Below, piece after piece: positions 10,666-21,049 of a DNA stretch of 64,000 bases (position 1 is its first letter; the number at the start of each line of letters is the position of its first letter). The notes beneath the pieces were generated by a model, which was not told where the DNA came from, ran no database searches, and saw nothing but the letters and a program-made list of their open reading frames with translations. Origin of the DNA: a virus. The DNA lies in IMG/VR virus record IMGVR_UViG_3300001598_000053, positions 1,029 to 65,028 of that record, one strand, 5' to 3'. Made by a program: the position numbers and the translations under genes.

Positions 10666-10947
10666 ATGAGCACTTGGGCAAGAACATATGAATGGTGTTT
10701 TAATGACAATGATCAAGAGATGATTCAGAATGTATCATTCGCTTTATCAGAAGAAGAATGGCAAATTCTAGTAGAAGAGATCAAGTCACAGACCTGTCTT
10801 ACTTCTATCTACAGTGACTTAGCGGCTACAGAAGAGAAGGTAGATATAAACGAGTTCAATGACTCAATCAATATCTGTCTGAAAATCTTCGAGAAAAAAT
10901 ATGAAGAAATTTCTAAAAAAGATATTTACAAATCATTGAAAGCCTGA
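10666..10947 (+). CDS. hypothetical small protein
   Basis: TAGTATG stop-start coupling; ends with TGA. Confidence 0.45.
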   Translation: MSTWARTYEWCFNDNDQEMIQNVSFALSEEEWQILVEEIKSQTCLTSIYSDLAATEEKVDINEFNDSINICLKIFEKKYEEISKKDIYKSLKA

Positions 10948-10976
10948 TATAATATAACCATAAGGAGATAAGAGTT

Positions 10977-11186
10977 ATGAAAAAGACAAAAGAAGATTTC
11001 GAATATTTGGTTGGCAAGACAATCAGAATCATTGAATTGGCAGATCCATACGATAAGTATCGCGGAAGAGTTGGAACAGTTCTAGGCGTTGGAGAAGATG
11101 CTTGGCACGATGTCTATCTCAGCGGAACTTGGGGCGGAGTGAACGTCTATCCAGAAGTAGACACTTATGAAATCATAGAAGATTAA
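10977..11186 (+). CDS. hypothetical small protein
   Basis: SD AAGGAGA; ORF. Confidence 0.55.
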   Translation: MKKTKEDFEYLVGKTIRIIELADPYDKYRGRVGTVLGVGEDAWHDVYLSGTWGGVNVYPEVDTYEIIED

Positions 11187-11201
11187 TAGGAGGAAATTAA
11201 C

Positions 11202-11456
11202 ATGAATAAGAAAGCAAGAGTTGAAATGGTCAGAGCGATGGACACTATCGCTAGAAGCTGCAATGACGAAGAAGTACTTATGTATTGGCTTTCGCTAGGA
11301 GTTGCTGACGGCGACTGTGAAGGACCAGATGAAGATTTAGAGACTTACTTCGAAGATGATGAAGATTTCTCTGAATTGATGGGAACTTTCTTGAAGCTGA
11401 TGTCTTCTGCTAAGAAGTCTGGCGGATTATACTGTGACAGAGTTTGCAGCAAATAA
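11202..11456 (+). CDS. hypothetical acidic protein
   Basis: SD AGGAGG; ORF. Confidence 0.55.
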   Translation: MNKKARVEMVRAMDTIARSCNDEEVLMYWLSLGVADGDCEGPDEDLETYFEDDEDFSELMGTFLKLMSSAKKSGGLYCDRVCSK

Positions 11457-11538
11457 AATAAAAATATTTTCAAAAAGCCGTTTACAAAAGACGGCTTTTA
11501 TGTTATAATATAAATGTAAGATAAATGGAGGAAAAACT

Positions 11539-11871
11539 ATGAAATATTTATTATTACAATCAAGAGCTTCGCACGAAGGCGAAGAAAATCATGTAGAGTT
11601 AGAAGTGGTTAACTGCAATATTTTTAACACAATTTCAGAAATCAGAGAAGCAGTCGAAGAAGAGTTTGAGCAAGAGCGTGAATATTATTACGGCGACGAT
11701 GAAGAAGCCTTTGAGAGAGTGGCAAAGAATTTTAATCTTAATAGTCATATCAGCTCAAATAGCTTTGAAGGCAAGAGAATTGGAATCGAATATGAAATCG
11801 CTTCTTTCAAAGACGAAAGCTATGACTATCAAACAAATATCATTTGGACAGTAGTCAAGATTGGAGACTAA
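11539..11871 (+). CDS. hypothetical early protein
   Basis: promoter/terminator unit 11476-11512; SD GGAGG. Confidence 0.6.
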   Translation: MKYLLLQSRASHEGEENHVELEVVNCNIFNTISEIREAVEEEFEQEREYYYGDDEEAFERVAKNFNLNSHISSNSFEGKRIGIEYEIASFKDESYDYQTNIIWTVVKIGD

Positions 11872-11873
11872 TC

Positions 11874-12206
11874 ATGAAGACTTGGGATTCTAAGATCGTA
11901 GACTTTCTAGCAAACTACAATACTGTGCGCATTAAAGGAAAGTACGAATTCTGCCAGCTTGAGAAGATCATGAACTCTGTAGGACTTACATTGACAAGCA
12001 GAGAGACTTTCGAAGCTCGCTGTGCTTCTACTAAGAGATACTATGCAGAACACGGACAGAAATATGAATTAGCAGATGATGAGCTTATCTTAGAGTATGC
12101 TAATCACAAAGGAGTATGCGTTGGCTGGAGAAGTGCAGAAGAATCTAGAAATTGGTATGGAGTTGAGCCATTATCAGTTTATGATTTGATTTCTGATTTA
12201 AATTAA
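11874..12206 (+). CDS. hypothetical early protein
   Basis: ORF, SD GGAGA, start ATG 11874. Confidence 0.5.
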   Translation: MKTWDSKIVDFLANYNTVRIKGKYEFCQLEKIMNSVGLTLTSRETFEARCASTKRYYAEHGQKYELADDELILEYANHKGVCVGWRSAEESRNWYGVEPLSVYDLISDLN

Positions 12207-12287
12207 AATATTTTCAAAAAGAGGGTTTACAAAGCTCTCTTTTTCTGATATAATAAATATGTAAGTAAATGGAGGAACAAATTATTT

Positions 12288-12638
12288 ATGGAAACAATAC
12301 AAATCAACATGGATGAATTATGTAAGACTATAAGCTCAAGTACAGCTACTTTATTTGAGATGAAAGATGTCGGAGTCAAAGCTACTTTTTATTGGGATGC
12401 GCACGGTAAAAAGATCCCATGGGAACACAATGGAAAAAAGTCATTCAGCAGATACTTTAAGAATGTTAAGCTCACTTCTACTAAAAAGCAAGTCAAATGG
12501 AAATATATTGACAATGTGATAGAAGAAGAATACTGGCGTCTTGAAGCTGACGGCAATCGCATCGATTTAGGAGAAATTACTTCTTACAGCATCAATGGAA
12601 ACGAGATTAGACTCAAATGCTGTGTCGGAGCCGGTTAA
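12288..12638 (+). CDS. hypothetical early protein
   Basis: promoter unit upstream; SD GGAGG. Confidence 0.6.
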   Translation: METIQINMDELCKTISSSTATLFEMKDVGVKATFYWDAHGKKIPWEHNGKKSFSRYFKNVKLTSTKKQVKWKYIDNVIEEEYWRLEADGNRIDLGEITSYSINGNEIRLKCCVGAG

Positions 12639-12724
12639 AAATATTTTTAAAAAGTTTATCAAAACGGTTTACAAAATAAAAATAATATGATATAATAATA
12701 TTGTAAATGATGGAGGAAATAATC

Positions 12725-13156
12725 ATGAATAAAAAACAATTAGCAAGCGAAATAAAGAAAGCAGTCAGCTGGCTTAAAAAAGAAGACTGCGGATGCTCTA
12801 CAATCAAGTTAGATGACAAGTTGGCAGTATGTGTCGGTTGGTTAGATGGATATGATGAAGACGATTCAACTTGTGTTCACAGTAAGTCTGAGCCATCTTG
12901 GTGTATCAACGTCGGAATCAAAGTCCACATCTCTGACTCTATGAGAACAGACTACGAGTATATCAACGCACCTTATTTTGACAGTGGAGATGTCTGGTCT
13001 ACAGATGTGTCTATCTCTAAGAAAGAACGCTATATGGAATTGGCTAGTTATTTACTTGCTGAATATGAAGCGATGAAGAAATGTGTAATCGAGGATGACG
13101 GAAGAATTGACAACTTTCGTTCTCCAGAAGACTACTGCAGCGGACTAGCAGATTAA
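12725..13156 (+). CDS. hypothetical early protein
   Basis: SD GGAGG 8 nt before ATG 12725. Confidence 0.55.
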   Translation: MNKKQLASEIKKAVSWLKKEDCGCSTIKLDDKLAVCVGWLDGYDEDDSTCVHSKSEPSWCINVGIKVHISDSMRTDYEYINAPYFDSGDVWSTDVSISKKERYMELASYLLAEYEAMKKCVIEDDGRIDNFRSPEDYCSGLAD

Positions 13157-13172
13157 TTAGGAGGATACAGAT

Positions 13173-13577
13173 ATGCTTGGAAAAAAGACTACAGCAAATG
13201 CATTTGGCAGAAATGCACAAGGCAAATTAGCAAGAGACATCGATAAGTTCCTTACGAAGCATGAGCTTTGGGGAGATTGCTACATCTACGTCAACGGCAA
13301 GCGATTCACTAGAGAATACCATTGGGATGCAGACTACAAAATAAAGTTCGGCAAGATCGTAATGGAAGAAGACATGAATCCTAGAGACTATTTCGAGTTC
13401 GTTGGAGACAAGTTCCTTTGCATGAGCTTCGAAGGCGGTTTGTATGATGTGCTAAATCTTGGCTGGGAATTCTCTGGATACGAGAAGCTCGAGCAAGAGT
13501 TCTCTGATATACTAGAAAAGCATGGAAAGTATTACGAGCTTGGAAATGCTTGGAATCTAGCAGTTCACAACATTTAA
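13173..13577 (+). CDS. hypothetical early protein
   Basis: SD AGGAGG; ORF. Confidence 0.6.
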   Translation: MLGKKTTANAFGRNAQGKLARDIDKFLTKHELWGDCYIYVNGKRFTREYHWDADYKIKFGKIVMEEDMNPRDYFEFVGDKFLCMSFEGGLYDVLNLGWEFSGYEKLEQEFSDILEKHGKYYELGNAWNLAVHNI

Positions 13578-13674
13578 AAAAGTTTCAAAAAGCTATTTAC
13601 AAATTATTAATTGTGTGATATAATATATATATGTAAATAAAGAAAGAAGGTAATTTATTATAAAAAAAATTAGA

Positions 13675-13875
13675 GTGGCAGATGTAGAATACAATGACGA
13701 TGACGGCTATGACTGTCATGTGCTAATGGCAATAGACAACAATACAGATGAAGATGAATTGGTCAATCACTTATATGATGACTGCGGTTATGTATCTGTC
13801 TATGTCAATGAATTCACAACTGTAGAGTCTGATTTCGATTACGACAAGTTTGATGTAGTAGAAGTCTTAGACTAA
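13675..13875 (+). CDS. hypothetical acidic small protein
   Basis: ORF after promoter 13596-13630; start uncertain (no close SD). Confidence 0.35.
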   Translation: MADVEYNDDDGYDCHVLMAIDNNTDEDELVNHLYDDCGYVSVYVNEFTTVESDFDYDKFDVVEVLD

Positions 13876-13963
13876 AAAAAATTAAAATAATTTCAAAAAA
13901 CTATTTACAAATAATAAAATATATGTTATAATATATATGTAAATAAGTTAAGGAGGAAAACTT

Positions 13964-14407
13964 ATGGAAAACAAAACTTATAAACACCACAATGCTGAAG
14001 CAGTTCTTGAAAAACTTGACTTCTATATCGAGCGCGGATGCTCTATTCCAATGAGACAGGTCTACGACGATCTCTCAATCTTCGACTGGTGGACAGAAAC
14101 ACTCTCAGTATCTAAGATGAAGCAAATGAAGTCATTTATCGAAAACGCAATCCGTTTAGGCTATAAAGGCTATGTCTGTTTCAAGGTCGGTGCTTCTGGT
14201 TGTGCTAACGGAATGTGGGCAAGCACAGAAGAGTCAAAAGATGGATGCTCTCCAGACAATGGAAACACTCTTTACCGCTCATTCTCTCCAGACTACACTT
14301 ACTGGTCTGCTAATGTGAATGGCAAATGGTTTCCAGAAAACTCTAACCAAGCATACAATTCTTGTAAGACAATCAAGCAACTTGAAGAGTTAATTTCAAA
14401 AAATTAA
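13964..14407 (+). CDS. hypothetical early protein
   Basis: promoter unit; SD AAGGAGG. Confidence 0.6.
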   Translation: MENKTYKHHNAEAVLEKLDFYIERGCSIPMRQVYDDLSIFDWWTETLSVSKMKQMKSFIENAIRLGYKGYVCFKVGASGCANGMWASTEESKDGCSPDNGNTLYRSFSPDYTYWSANVNGKWFPENSNQAYNSCKTIKQLEELISKN

Positions 14408-14487
14408 AAAAAAATTATGCAAAAGGGTTTACAAAAGCCCCTTAGCATGATATAATATAATTGTAAAGATAAACGGAGGAAATTCAA

Positions 14488-14808
14488 ATGTCAGCTTTAT
14501 ATGGAACAGTTTACGGTATGTCCGACACCGCAGCTACGAGACGTGGCTCAAAGAATTCGGGAATCAAGGTAGCAGCTCAATCTTATGATGGTTCTGTTAT
14601 CGTCAGCTTAGACTATTTAGGCGATGATCAACTTCCAACAGTCACAGTCGGAACTAGCAAGAGTTCTTCGACTTGCTCAGATTGGTCTAGCCAAGACTTC
14701 AGAGGTTCAATTGAGGAATTCAATGAACTATTAAAGTTAGCGAATGACATCAAGACAGGCAAAGTCTCTGTCGTCCGCCATAGAACTCCTAGAGGAATCA
14801 AATCGTAA
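14488..14808 (+). CDS. hypothetical early protein
   Basis: promoter unit; SD GGAGG. Confidence 0.6.
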   Translation: MSALYGTVYGMSDTAATRRGSKNSGIKVAAQSYDGSVIVSLDYLGDDQLPTVTVGTSKSSSTCSDWSSQDFRGSIEEFNELLKLANDIKTGKVSVVRHRTPRGIKS

Positions 14809-14925
14809 AAGCTGGCGTAAATGCCAGTCTTTTGTGTAAAATTTCTCTAAAGGGTTAAAAATTACAAAGAATCTCATTGTATAATAATATGAGATAGTAG
14901 CAAAACTACAAAAGGAGAAAATTTT

Positions 14926-15165
14926 ATGAAATACATTGTAAAGGTAAATAAAGCAGTTCAAATTGACCAAAATAAATTTGTTGCTGAAATTGTTGGAGAA
15001 GAAATTCCAAAGCTTTATGTTTCTTATAGCCCAACTGACTATGTAGCAGACTGGTATGGACCAACACTCAATACGTCTAGCGATTACGTCGAAAGTCTTC
15101 TTAACAATAGAGATCTAATCGAAGCAATCAATGAAGCAATCAGTTCATTCAGCAGAGGTTATTAA
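14926..15165 (+). CDS. hypothetical early protein
   Basis: SD AAGGAGA; ORF. Confidence 0.55.
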   Translation: MKYIVKVNKAVQIDQNKFVAEIVGEEIPKLYVSYSPTDYVADWYGPTLNTSSDYVESLLNNRDLIEAINEAISSFSRGY

Positions 15166-15167
15166 TC

Positions 15168-15497
15168 ATGGAAGAAGTAATCACAATAGAAGAAAAAGAT
15201 TTGTGCCTAGATGAATTGGATGATTTTGATTTAGAAACGCCAGTTTATCAAGTCTGGGCATTAGGATACGACGAGAATGACTGCATTACTGACTTCAGCA
15301 AATTATTTGGAACGTTCAAAGATCCAGATACCGCGGTTAAGTATGCAGAGAACTTGAATCCTACTATTCCAACTGCGATCGCTTACGTTAGCTTAGAAGT
15401 AGAGACAGTAGTAGATGAGGACGGAGAAGAAGAGAATGTTGGCTCTATCTACAGAAGAATCATCATAAACAAAAATTATGATAAATTTGCAAATTAG
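15168..15497 (+). CDS. hypothetical acidic protein
   Basis: ORF coupled to upstream gene. Confidence 0.5.
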   Translation: MEEVITIEEKDLCLDELDDFDLETPVYQVWALGYDENDCITDFSKLFGTFKDPDTAVKYAENLNPTIPTAIAYVSLEVETVVDEDGEEENVGSIYRRIIINKNYDKFAN

Positions 15498-15563
15498 GGG
15501 TTTACAAACTCTGATTTGCATGATATAATATCTATGTAAGATAAATAAAGGAGAAAAACTATT

Positions 15564-15845
15564 ATGAGAAAATCAAAATTCGTTGGTAAAACATTTGACA
15601 ATGGCTGGACTTGCACAGGTTGCAACTTAGCAGCAAACTATGGACATGGAACTAGTCACAACCGCTATTGGTATGCATTCGAAAGAACTACATCCGACGG
15701 TCGCTGCGATAAGTGGATTCGTGTTGAAGGAGTCGAAGCAACTAAGATTTACAGAGGTTTAATTACTGTTGAATCTATCTGCTTAGCTCGCGAAGCAAAG
15801 AAACACAATAAGCAATATCACAGCATCAACTACAATTTCAAATAA
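15564..15845 (+). CDS. hypothetical early protein
   Basis: promoter unit; SD AAGGAGA. Confidence 0.6.
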   Translation: MRKSKFVGKTFDNGWTCTGCNLAANYGHGTSHNRYWYAFERTTSDGRCDKWIRVEGVEATKIYRGLITVESICLAREAKKHNKQYHSINYNFK

Positions 15846-15919
15846 TTATAAAAAAATATTTACAAAGGGCTTGCAAAAGCCCTATAATATTATCATGACG
15901 TTTAATGGAGGAATAAACT

Positions 15920-16804
15920 ATGAACTATATACAAGAAAGTTTTGAATTACAGGCTAAAAAAGTGCCTGATTATCAAAGAAATGTCAGAAACTCTGCACAA
16001 ATCACAGCTTGGGCTAACAAATACTGTGAATTAGTAGATGCATTGGCTTCTGACACTAATAATTATGAACTAGTCGAGCAAAGAGATTCTTACATCGCTG
16101 CTTTGATGCTTAAATTCTGGGATAAGATTAAGTATCTTTACGACAGCACTAGAACTATCGGAACTTATGAGTATGATGACTTCATCTCTGTTCTTTATGA
16201 TAGAATCAACTATGCTTGCAAATATCGTGCATGGCAAAAAGAAGGTTCTAAGACTAACGCTCAAGCCTGTATCAACCAAGCAATCAACACTGAAGTCCAA
16301 AATATGTTCTATGCAGCAAACTTAGACAAGAATAAGTGCAATGTTGCTTGCAACACCATCAGCTTAGATACTCCATTTGGAGATGACGAAGAATCTGGAA
16401 CTCTTGCTGACACTTTAGGCGAAGAAGTCGACCATTCTGGCCACGATACTGAATTTGCTATTCAATCTTTCATCAACAGCAACAAAGTTATCGAAGCAAT
16501 CATCTTCGATGTCATCGCTTTTAATGACTGCATGAAATACACTAAGGAAACTGTCAATGCAATCGACTCTGACGGTAATCCTTACAAGTATACAAAGAAT
16601 CATTCTGAATTCTGGCCATACAGATGCGTCCAAATCTTAAGCAAGTTGCCAGAAGACTACGGAAAATACTTCGCTCGCAAGTATAGAATCGCCAATGAGC
16701 CATTAGAAGCTTGTTTAGCGAAGATTCGCAGCTCAAACAACCAAAAGCTTTATAAGTATTTGGACGCGGCTAGAAATGACCTAAAATCATATCTAGCAGG
16801 TTAA
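15920..16804 (+). CDS. putative sigma-70-family sigma factor (phage-encoded)
   Basis: ISLDTPFGDDEESGTLADTLGEE matches the sigma-70 region-3 linker signature (SLDxPxGDDEDSxLxD); region-2-like FISVLYDRINYACKY; SD GGAGG. Confidence 0.45.
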   Translation: MNYIQESFELQAKKVPDYQRNVRNSAQITAWANKYCELVDALASDTNNYELVEQRDSYIAALMLKFWDKIKYLYDSTRTIGTYEYDDFISVLYDRINYACKYRAWQKEGSKTNAQACINQAINTEVQNMFYAANLDKNKCNVACNTISLDTPFGDDEESGTLADTLGEEVDHSGHDTEFAIQSFINSNKVIEAIIFDVIAFNDCMKYTKETVNAIDSDGNPYKYTKNHSEFWPYRCVQILSKLPEDYGKYFARKYRIANEPLEACLAKIRSSNNQKLYKYLDAARNDLKSYLAG

Positions 16805-16816
16805 TAGGAGGCAAAA

Positions 16817-17620
16817 ATGTATTTAGATATTCTAAGTCAAAGCAATTTCGTTTCTGTCAATAAAAAGCTAATCAAGACCGTTGGACTCAAGTCCGCGGTC
16901 TATTTAGCTGTATTGATGGATGTGTTGAAGCAAGTGCAGAAGAAAAAGAAATTCGATGCAGCAACTGGGTTTTTTACTTTAGACAGAAAGTACATGGAAG
17001 AAGAGACAGATCTTGATTTAGAGGATCAAGCCGCATGCGATATTATACTAAAGAAAGCAGGAGTCTTGGATACGGATGATTCCGATCCATATAAGCTTCG
17101 AGTATGTGCTGAGAAAGTAGTCGCGCTGATCACAGAGTCAGATCCAAAGCTATTAGCTGACATCGCTAAGAACTGCAAACTTACTAAAGAAGAAGCAGAA
17201 GCGATCAAGCGTAAGGTTAAGGAATCTGCTCCAGCCAAAAAGAAGAAAGAGCTTACTCCAGAAGAGAAAGCGGCGAAGCAGGCAGGATTAAGAACCGGAA
17301 TGAAGAACTTATGCGCCAATATAGTAGGAATTCCAGAGCTTATCGATGGATACGACCGTTGGGTTGATTCAATCTACGACATTCCTAGTGGAACAAAAGC
17401 AAAGAACTTCTTAACGAAAGCTGTGATCGAGAATTTCCATGCCACAATCTACTCGTTTACTAAAGACTTGAGAGTGTACAAGAAGATTCTTGAGATCGCT
17501 GCAATCCGTGGATACTCTGACCATCCTGAATGGGCGATTGATCAGTATAAGAGAAATCCACTACCGACGGTATCAGACCAGAAGGTAGCAGTTGAAGTCA
17601 GAGCGTTCAACGCAAATTAA
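16817..17620 (+). CDS. hypothetical lysine-rich protein
   Basis: SD AGGAGG; ORF. Confidence 0.55.
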   Translation: MYLDILSQSNFVSVNKKLIKTVGLKSAVYLAVLMDVLKQVQKKKKFDAATGFFTLDRKYMEEETDLDLEDQAACDIILKKAGVLDTDDSDPYKLRVCAEKVVALITESDPKLLADIAKNCKLTKEEAEAIKRKVKESAPAKKKKELTPEEKAAKQAGLRTGMKNLCANIVGIPELIDGYDRWVDSIYDIPSGTKAKNFLTKAVIENFHATIYSFTKDLRVYKKILEIAAIRGYSDHPEWAIDQYKRNPLPTVSDQKVAVEVRAFNAN

Positions 17621-17711
17621 AAAAAGTTGAAATATTTTCAAAAAAGCTATTTACAAAACAATATTTATATGATATAATTATCTTGTAAATGAATAAAGGA
17701 GAAATTAAACT

Positions 17712-18119
17712 ATGTCAAAAACATTTTACACAAAAAGATTCGGAAAAGTTGAATTAATCGCTCTTTTCGCCAAGGAAGCAGAAGGAACTGTCACAGCAGT
17801 CATCAAATACAAAACTGTTGAGCCTGATTTCATGATTACGACTTCTGGCCAAAAGTATCAAGTTGGAAGTTACAAGGTTGAACACACTGAAAAGCTTACA
17901 GCTCAGTTAGTCGGCGAAGACGAATTCGATAAATACGTTGGAGTTGCGTTAGCATTAACAAAACTTGACTTCGCTTCTAAGAATTCGTTCAGAAAAGCAA
18001 ATCACGTCAACAAATACATCACTTCTGAAGCAGCTGCATTACTTATGTCTTACGAAGGCTTCGGCAGCGAAAAAGAATTCATTGAATACGTTGATAAGAA
18101 CCTTGTTATCGTAAAATAA
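17712..18119 (+). CDS. hypothetical early protein
   Basis: promoter unit; SD AAGGAGA. Confidence 0.6.
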   Translation: MSKTFYTKRFGKVELIALFAKEAEGTVTAVIKYKTVEPDFMITTSGQKYQVGSYKVEHTEKLTAQLVGEDEFDKYVGVALALTKLDFASKNSFRKANHVNKYITSEAAALLMSYEGFGSEKEFIEYVDKNLVIVK

Positions 18120-18194
18120 TATATTTTCAAAATAGGTGTTTACAAAGCCCCTATTTTCTGATATAATATAACTATAAGATACGGAGGAAAAAAT

Positions 18195-18590
18195 ATGTAT
18201 TTTGATTACAAAGACGTTGACAGAGCAAACAAGGAACGCTGTCCATATTGGACTGGAGTCAAACAGCATGGAAGCAGAATGTCTTTCAGCATAACTGATA
18301 AGACAGCAGATGAGATTGCTAATAAGTATGCAGGAAGCAATCCATACAGCGACGGAACTACTGTGTGCATCTTCGAAGACGGAGCAATCATTATGATGAC
18401 TATGCACTACGATTACTACCATGAAGATTGGGTCGAAGAAGAAGACTTAGAATTCTTAGGAAAAGGAAAAGACCTAATTGTAGAAGCAATCAATGCTTGC
18501 TTGAAATACGCACCAGTTGCAGATTATGACAAATTACGTTTAAAAAGCGTAGATGATGTGATAGAATATTTAAAGAAAGGAAACTTCTAA
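18195..18590 (+). CDS. hypothetical early protein
   Basis: promoter unit; SD GGAGG. Confidence 0.6.
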   Translation: MYFDYKDVDRANKERCPYWTGVKQHGSRMSFSITDKTADEIANKYAGSNPYSDGTTVCIFEDGAIIMMTMHYDYYHEDWVEEEDLEFLGKGKDLIVEAINACLKYAPVADYDKLRLKSVDDVIEYLKKGNF

Positions 18591-18592
18591 TA

Positions 18593-18901
18593 ATGGAAAA
18601 ATTAAGACACAGAAAAGGATACTACAAAGGTTGTTATACCGACATCGAATCAAAGTCTTGGTCTTGCGGAGAGACAATGGTTTTAAAAGACGCACTAGAT
18701 TTATGGTGGAACTCTGTGAGAGTCAGAACTGAAGATGGAGTCGTGCTTTGCTATAAGAATGCTTATACTTGCGATGAACCTTACACAATAGGAGATCTTC
18801 CAAAGTCCGCATTAGCTAAATTAGTAAAGTTAGATGACTCATGGGACGAAGACGCAGACGGTTATCCAATTGTCTATGCTGAGTTCGTCTCTGAAAAATA
18901 A
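18593..18901 (+). CDS. hypothetical protein
   Basis: ORF coupled (TAATAATG). Confidence 0.5.
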   Translation: MEKLRHRKGYYKGCYTDIESKSWSCGETMVLKDALDLWWNSVRVRTEDGVVLCYKNAYTCDEPYTIGDLPKSALAKLVKLDDSWDEDADGYPIVYAEFVSEK

Positions 18902-18984
18902 TCAAAAAACTTTATCAAAAAGGTTTACAAAGTCTAAATTATATGATATAATATCTATGTAAATAAAAAAAGGAGAATTCAATC

Positions 18985-19200
18985 ATGAATGACAAAGAAT
19001 TATTTGAAGAAGTATTAGAGAGAGTTGCTGACTGGCACAAAATCGAAGTCAAGAGACCTTACGGTGATTGCTATGTCGAATTAGTCGATCGCAATGGCAA
19101 CAACTTAGGCGGTTTCAATTACTCTGGCCACAACTTATCCTACAACATCTGTCGCTTAGGAACACTTCTCGGCGAAAATGCCTCTGAACTTTATCGATAA
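18985..19200 (+). CDS. hypothetical small protein
   Basis: promoter unit; SD AAGGAGA. Confidence 0.55.
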   Translation: MNDKELFEEVLERVADWHKIEVKRPYGDCYVELVDRNGNNLGGFNYSGHNLSYNICRLGTLLGENASELYR

Positions 19201-19289
19201 TAAAAAAATCGAAAAAAGTTCATTTTAGGGGTTTACAACGATTCGAGTTTGCGTTATAATATTCTTGTAAATGAAAAGAGGTAAAAATT

Positions 19290-19496
19290 ATGAAAGTCAA
19301 ACTTAGAATCGTTGATAAAATATCAAAGAAAGGTCGCAGCACTCCTGGCGGTGTCGTGACCGTCATCGAGAAAGAATCTCGCAACCTTGAGCACTTTGAG
19401 GCTCAAAAGAAATTCCGTGCTCATATTTTCATAGACAGAAAGAAAAGAGCAAAGAATGGTTATCGCAAATATAAAAAGCCATTAGGCGAAGAATAA
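19290..19496 (+). CDS. hypothetical basic small protein
   Basis: promoter unit; SD AGAGGT. Confidence 0.5.
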   Translation: MKVKLRIVDKISKKGRSTPGGVVTVIEKESRNLEHFEAQKKFRAHIFIDRKKRAKNGYRKYKKPLGEE

Positions 19497-19510
19497 AGGA
19501 GAATATGTAT

Positions 19511-19801
19511 ATGGGAATTATTTTTTCTAACAAAGCAAACAAGACAACTGTCGGAGAAATGCTAAATAAAGGAAACTTTGGCAGAATGATCTTAGGAAGA
19601 CTTCAAGCTGGTCGAGTAGTCGACAATGGAGTCAACCGCCCTTACAGACTTAATGCTGAAGAACTTGAAAAGTTCAAAGACGAAGTCATCTTCTATGAAG
19701 CAAACGATGAAGGCATTTACTATGCCCACTTCGAAAAGCCAGTCAATGAAATCAGAGAAATCTTAGGACTTGCACCACAGAACCCATTTGATATTTTTTA
19801 A
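19511..19801 (+). CDS. hypothetical protein
   Basis: SD AAGGAGA 8 nt before ATG 19511. Confidence 0.5.
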   Translation: MGIIFSNKANKTTVGEMLNKGNFGRMILGRLQAGRVVDNGVNRPYRLNAEELEKFKDEVIFYEANDEGIYYAHFEKPVNEIREILGLAPQNPFDIF

Positions 19802-19891
19802 AAAAAATTAAAAAATATTTCATCAAAAGTGTTTACAAACCATGATTTGCATGGTATAATATATATGTAATTAAAAGGAGGAACCAAAACA

Positions 19892-20191
19892 ATGAAAAAA
19901 ATTAATTACATCGAATACAAACATTCAGTCGCACATGCCATCGAACCAAAGATGAAAGCACTCTGCTACAATGCTTTCATCGCTAAGAAGCCAATCAATT
20001 ACTGTTTTGCAATCGTCAAGAACGCAATCAACTCCAACGATGTCCGCTTCACTGAAAAAGAGCAATTAATCTACGATAACTTCAAAACAATCTCTGAACC
20101 TGCTCACTTGTATGCTTATGCGAAAGCAATCATCAGCAAAGCAGCTGAGACAGAAGTTTATGTTGATGATGACGGCGAATTAATCGCTTAG
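19892..20191 (+). CDS. hypothetical early protein
   Basis: promoter unit; SD AAGGAGG. Confidence 0.6.
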   Translation: MKKINYIEYKHSVAHAIEPKMKALCYNAFIAKKPINYCFAIVKNAINSNDVRFTEKEQLIYDNFKTISEPAHLYAYAKAIISKAAETEVYVDDDGELIA

Positions 20192-21049
20192 CATAGACAA
20201 TGGTTGGTAAACCAAGTCAAGCCGAGGGTTATGAGAAACTAACTTAGAGGCATTGCTAAAGCTTCCCTCCTTTCTGAATTAAATAATCTTACAGTGAGCA
20301 CAACGTAAAAGCGCTAACATACAAAGGCGGAACCGCACCTAGTCGACGAGGTATAGAAAGCGGGGCAACGCAACACCGGAACCTAAAGCTGACGATTGTC
20401 GCAACAAGTCGTTCGAACCGACGCTAATCATGGAATAGGCGAGTTGTGCCTGGTGTAAGGTTATTTAGTTAACCTGTTAACATTTTTCTTTACCTCCCTT
20501 TCTGAAAAGACCTCAACTTCAAGTTGGGGCCTTTTTATTTTCCATTGGAACTACAAACCAAAATCCTTCGCTGATCTTCGGTTCTGTCAGGATTACAATT
20601 CTAGTAAATTTTTACTGAGAAGAACAGAATCCAATGTACATGCACGATGTGCACGATCTGTACATTAACCCGCATGTGTAGTACATTTTTTCTAAATTTC
20701 TAATTGTGGATCAAAATTTAATATCTCACACTGTATTATATACTGTGAGTGCTCGAAGAGAGTATCCACCAGACGATACACTTTTCTCCTTTCGTCTGAA
20801 GAATCACAGGAACTCCTTTATTGCCGTTTGACTACGGCTGTAGACTCATGTTGAGTCTAATGACTCAAGTTTTCCTCCTTGCAAAAATACACTTAATAGA
20901 TTGTTTTTCATAATAACTGTGATTCAATTTGGGCATGACCATTTGGTTGTGCCTTTTTCTATTTTCTAAAATAATTTTATCAAAAGGATTTACAAAGGTA
21001 AGATTATATGATATAATATATATATGTAAAGATAAAGGAGATTACTAAT

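Noticed and set aside
20192-20480. tmRNA or RNase P RNA in the GC-rich ORF-free segment
   Set aside because: No tRNA-like acceptor/T-arm for tmRNA, no conserved RNase P P4/CR motifs recognisable by eye; left as unknown ncRNA candidate.
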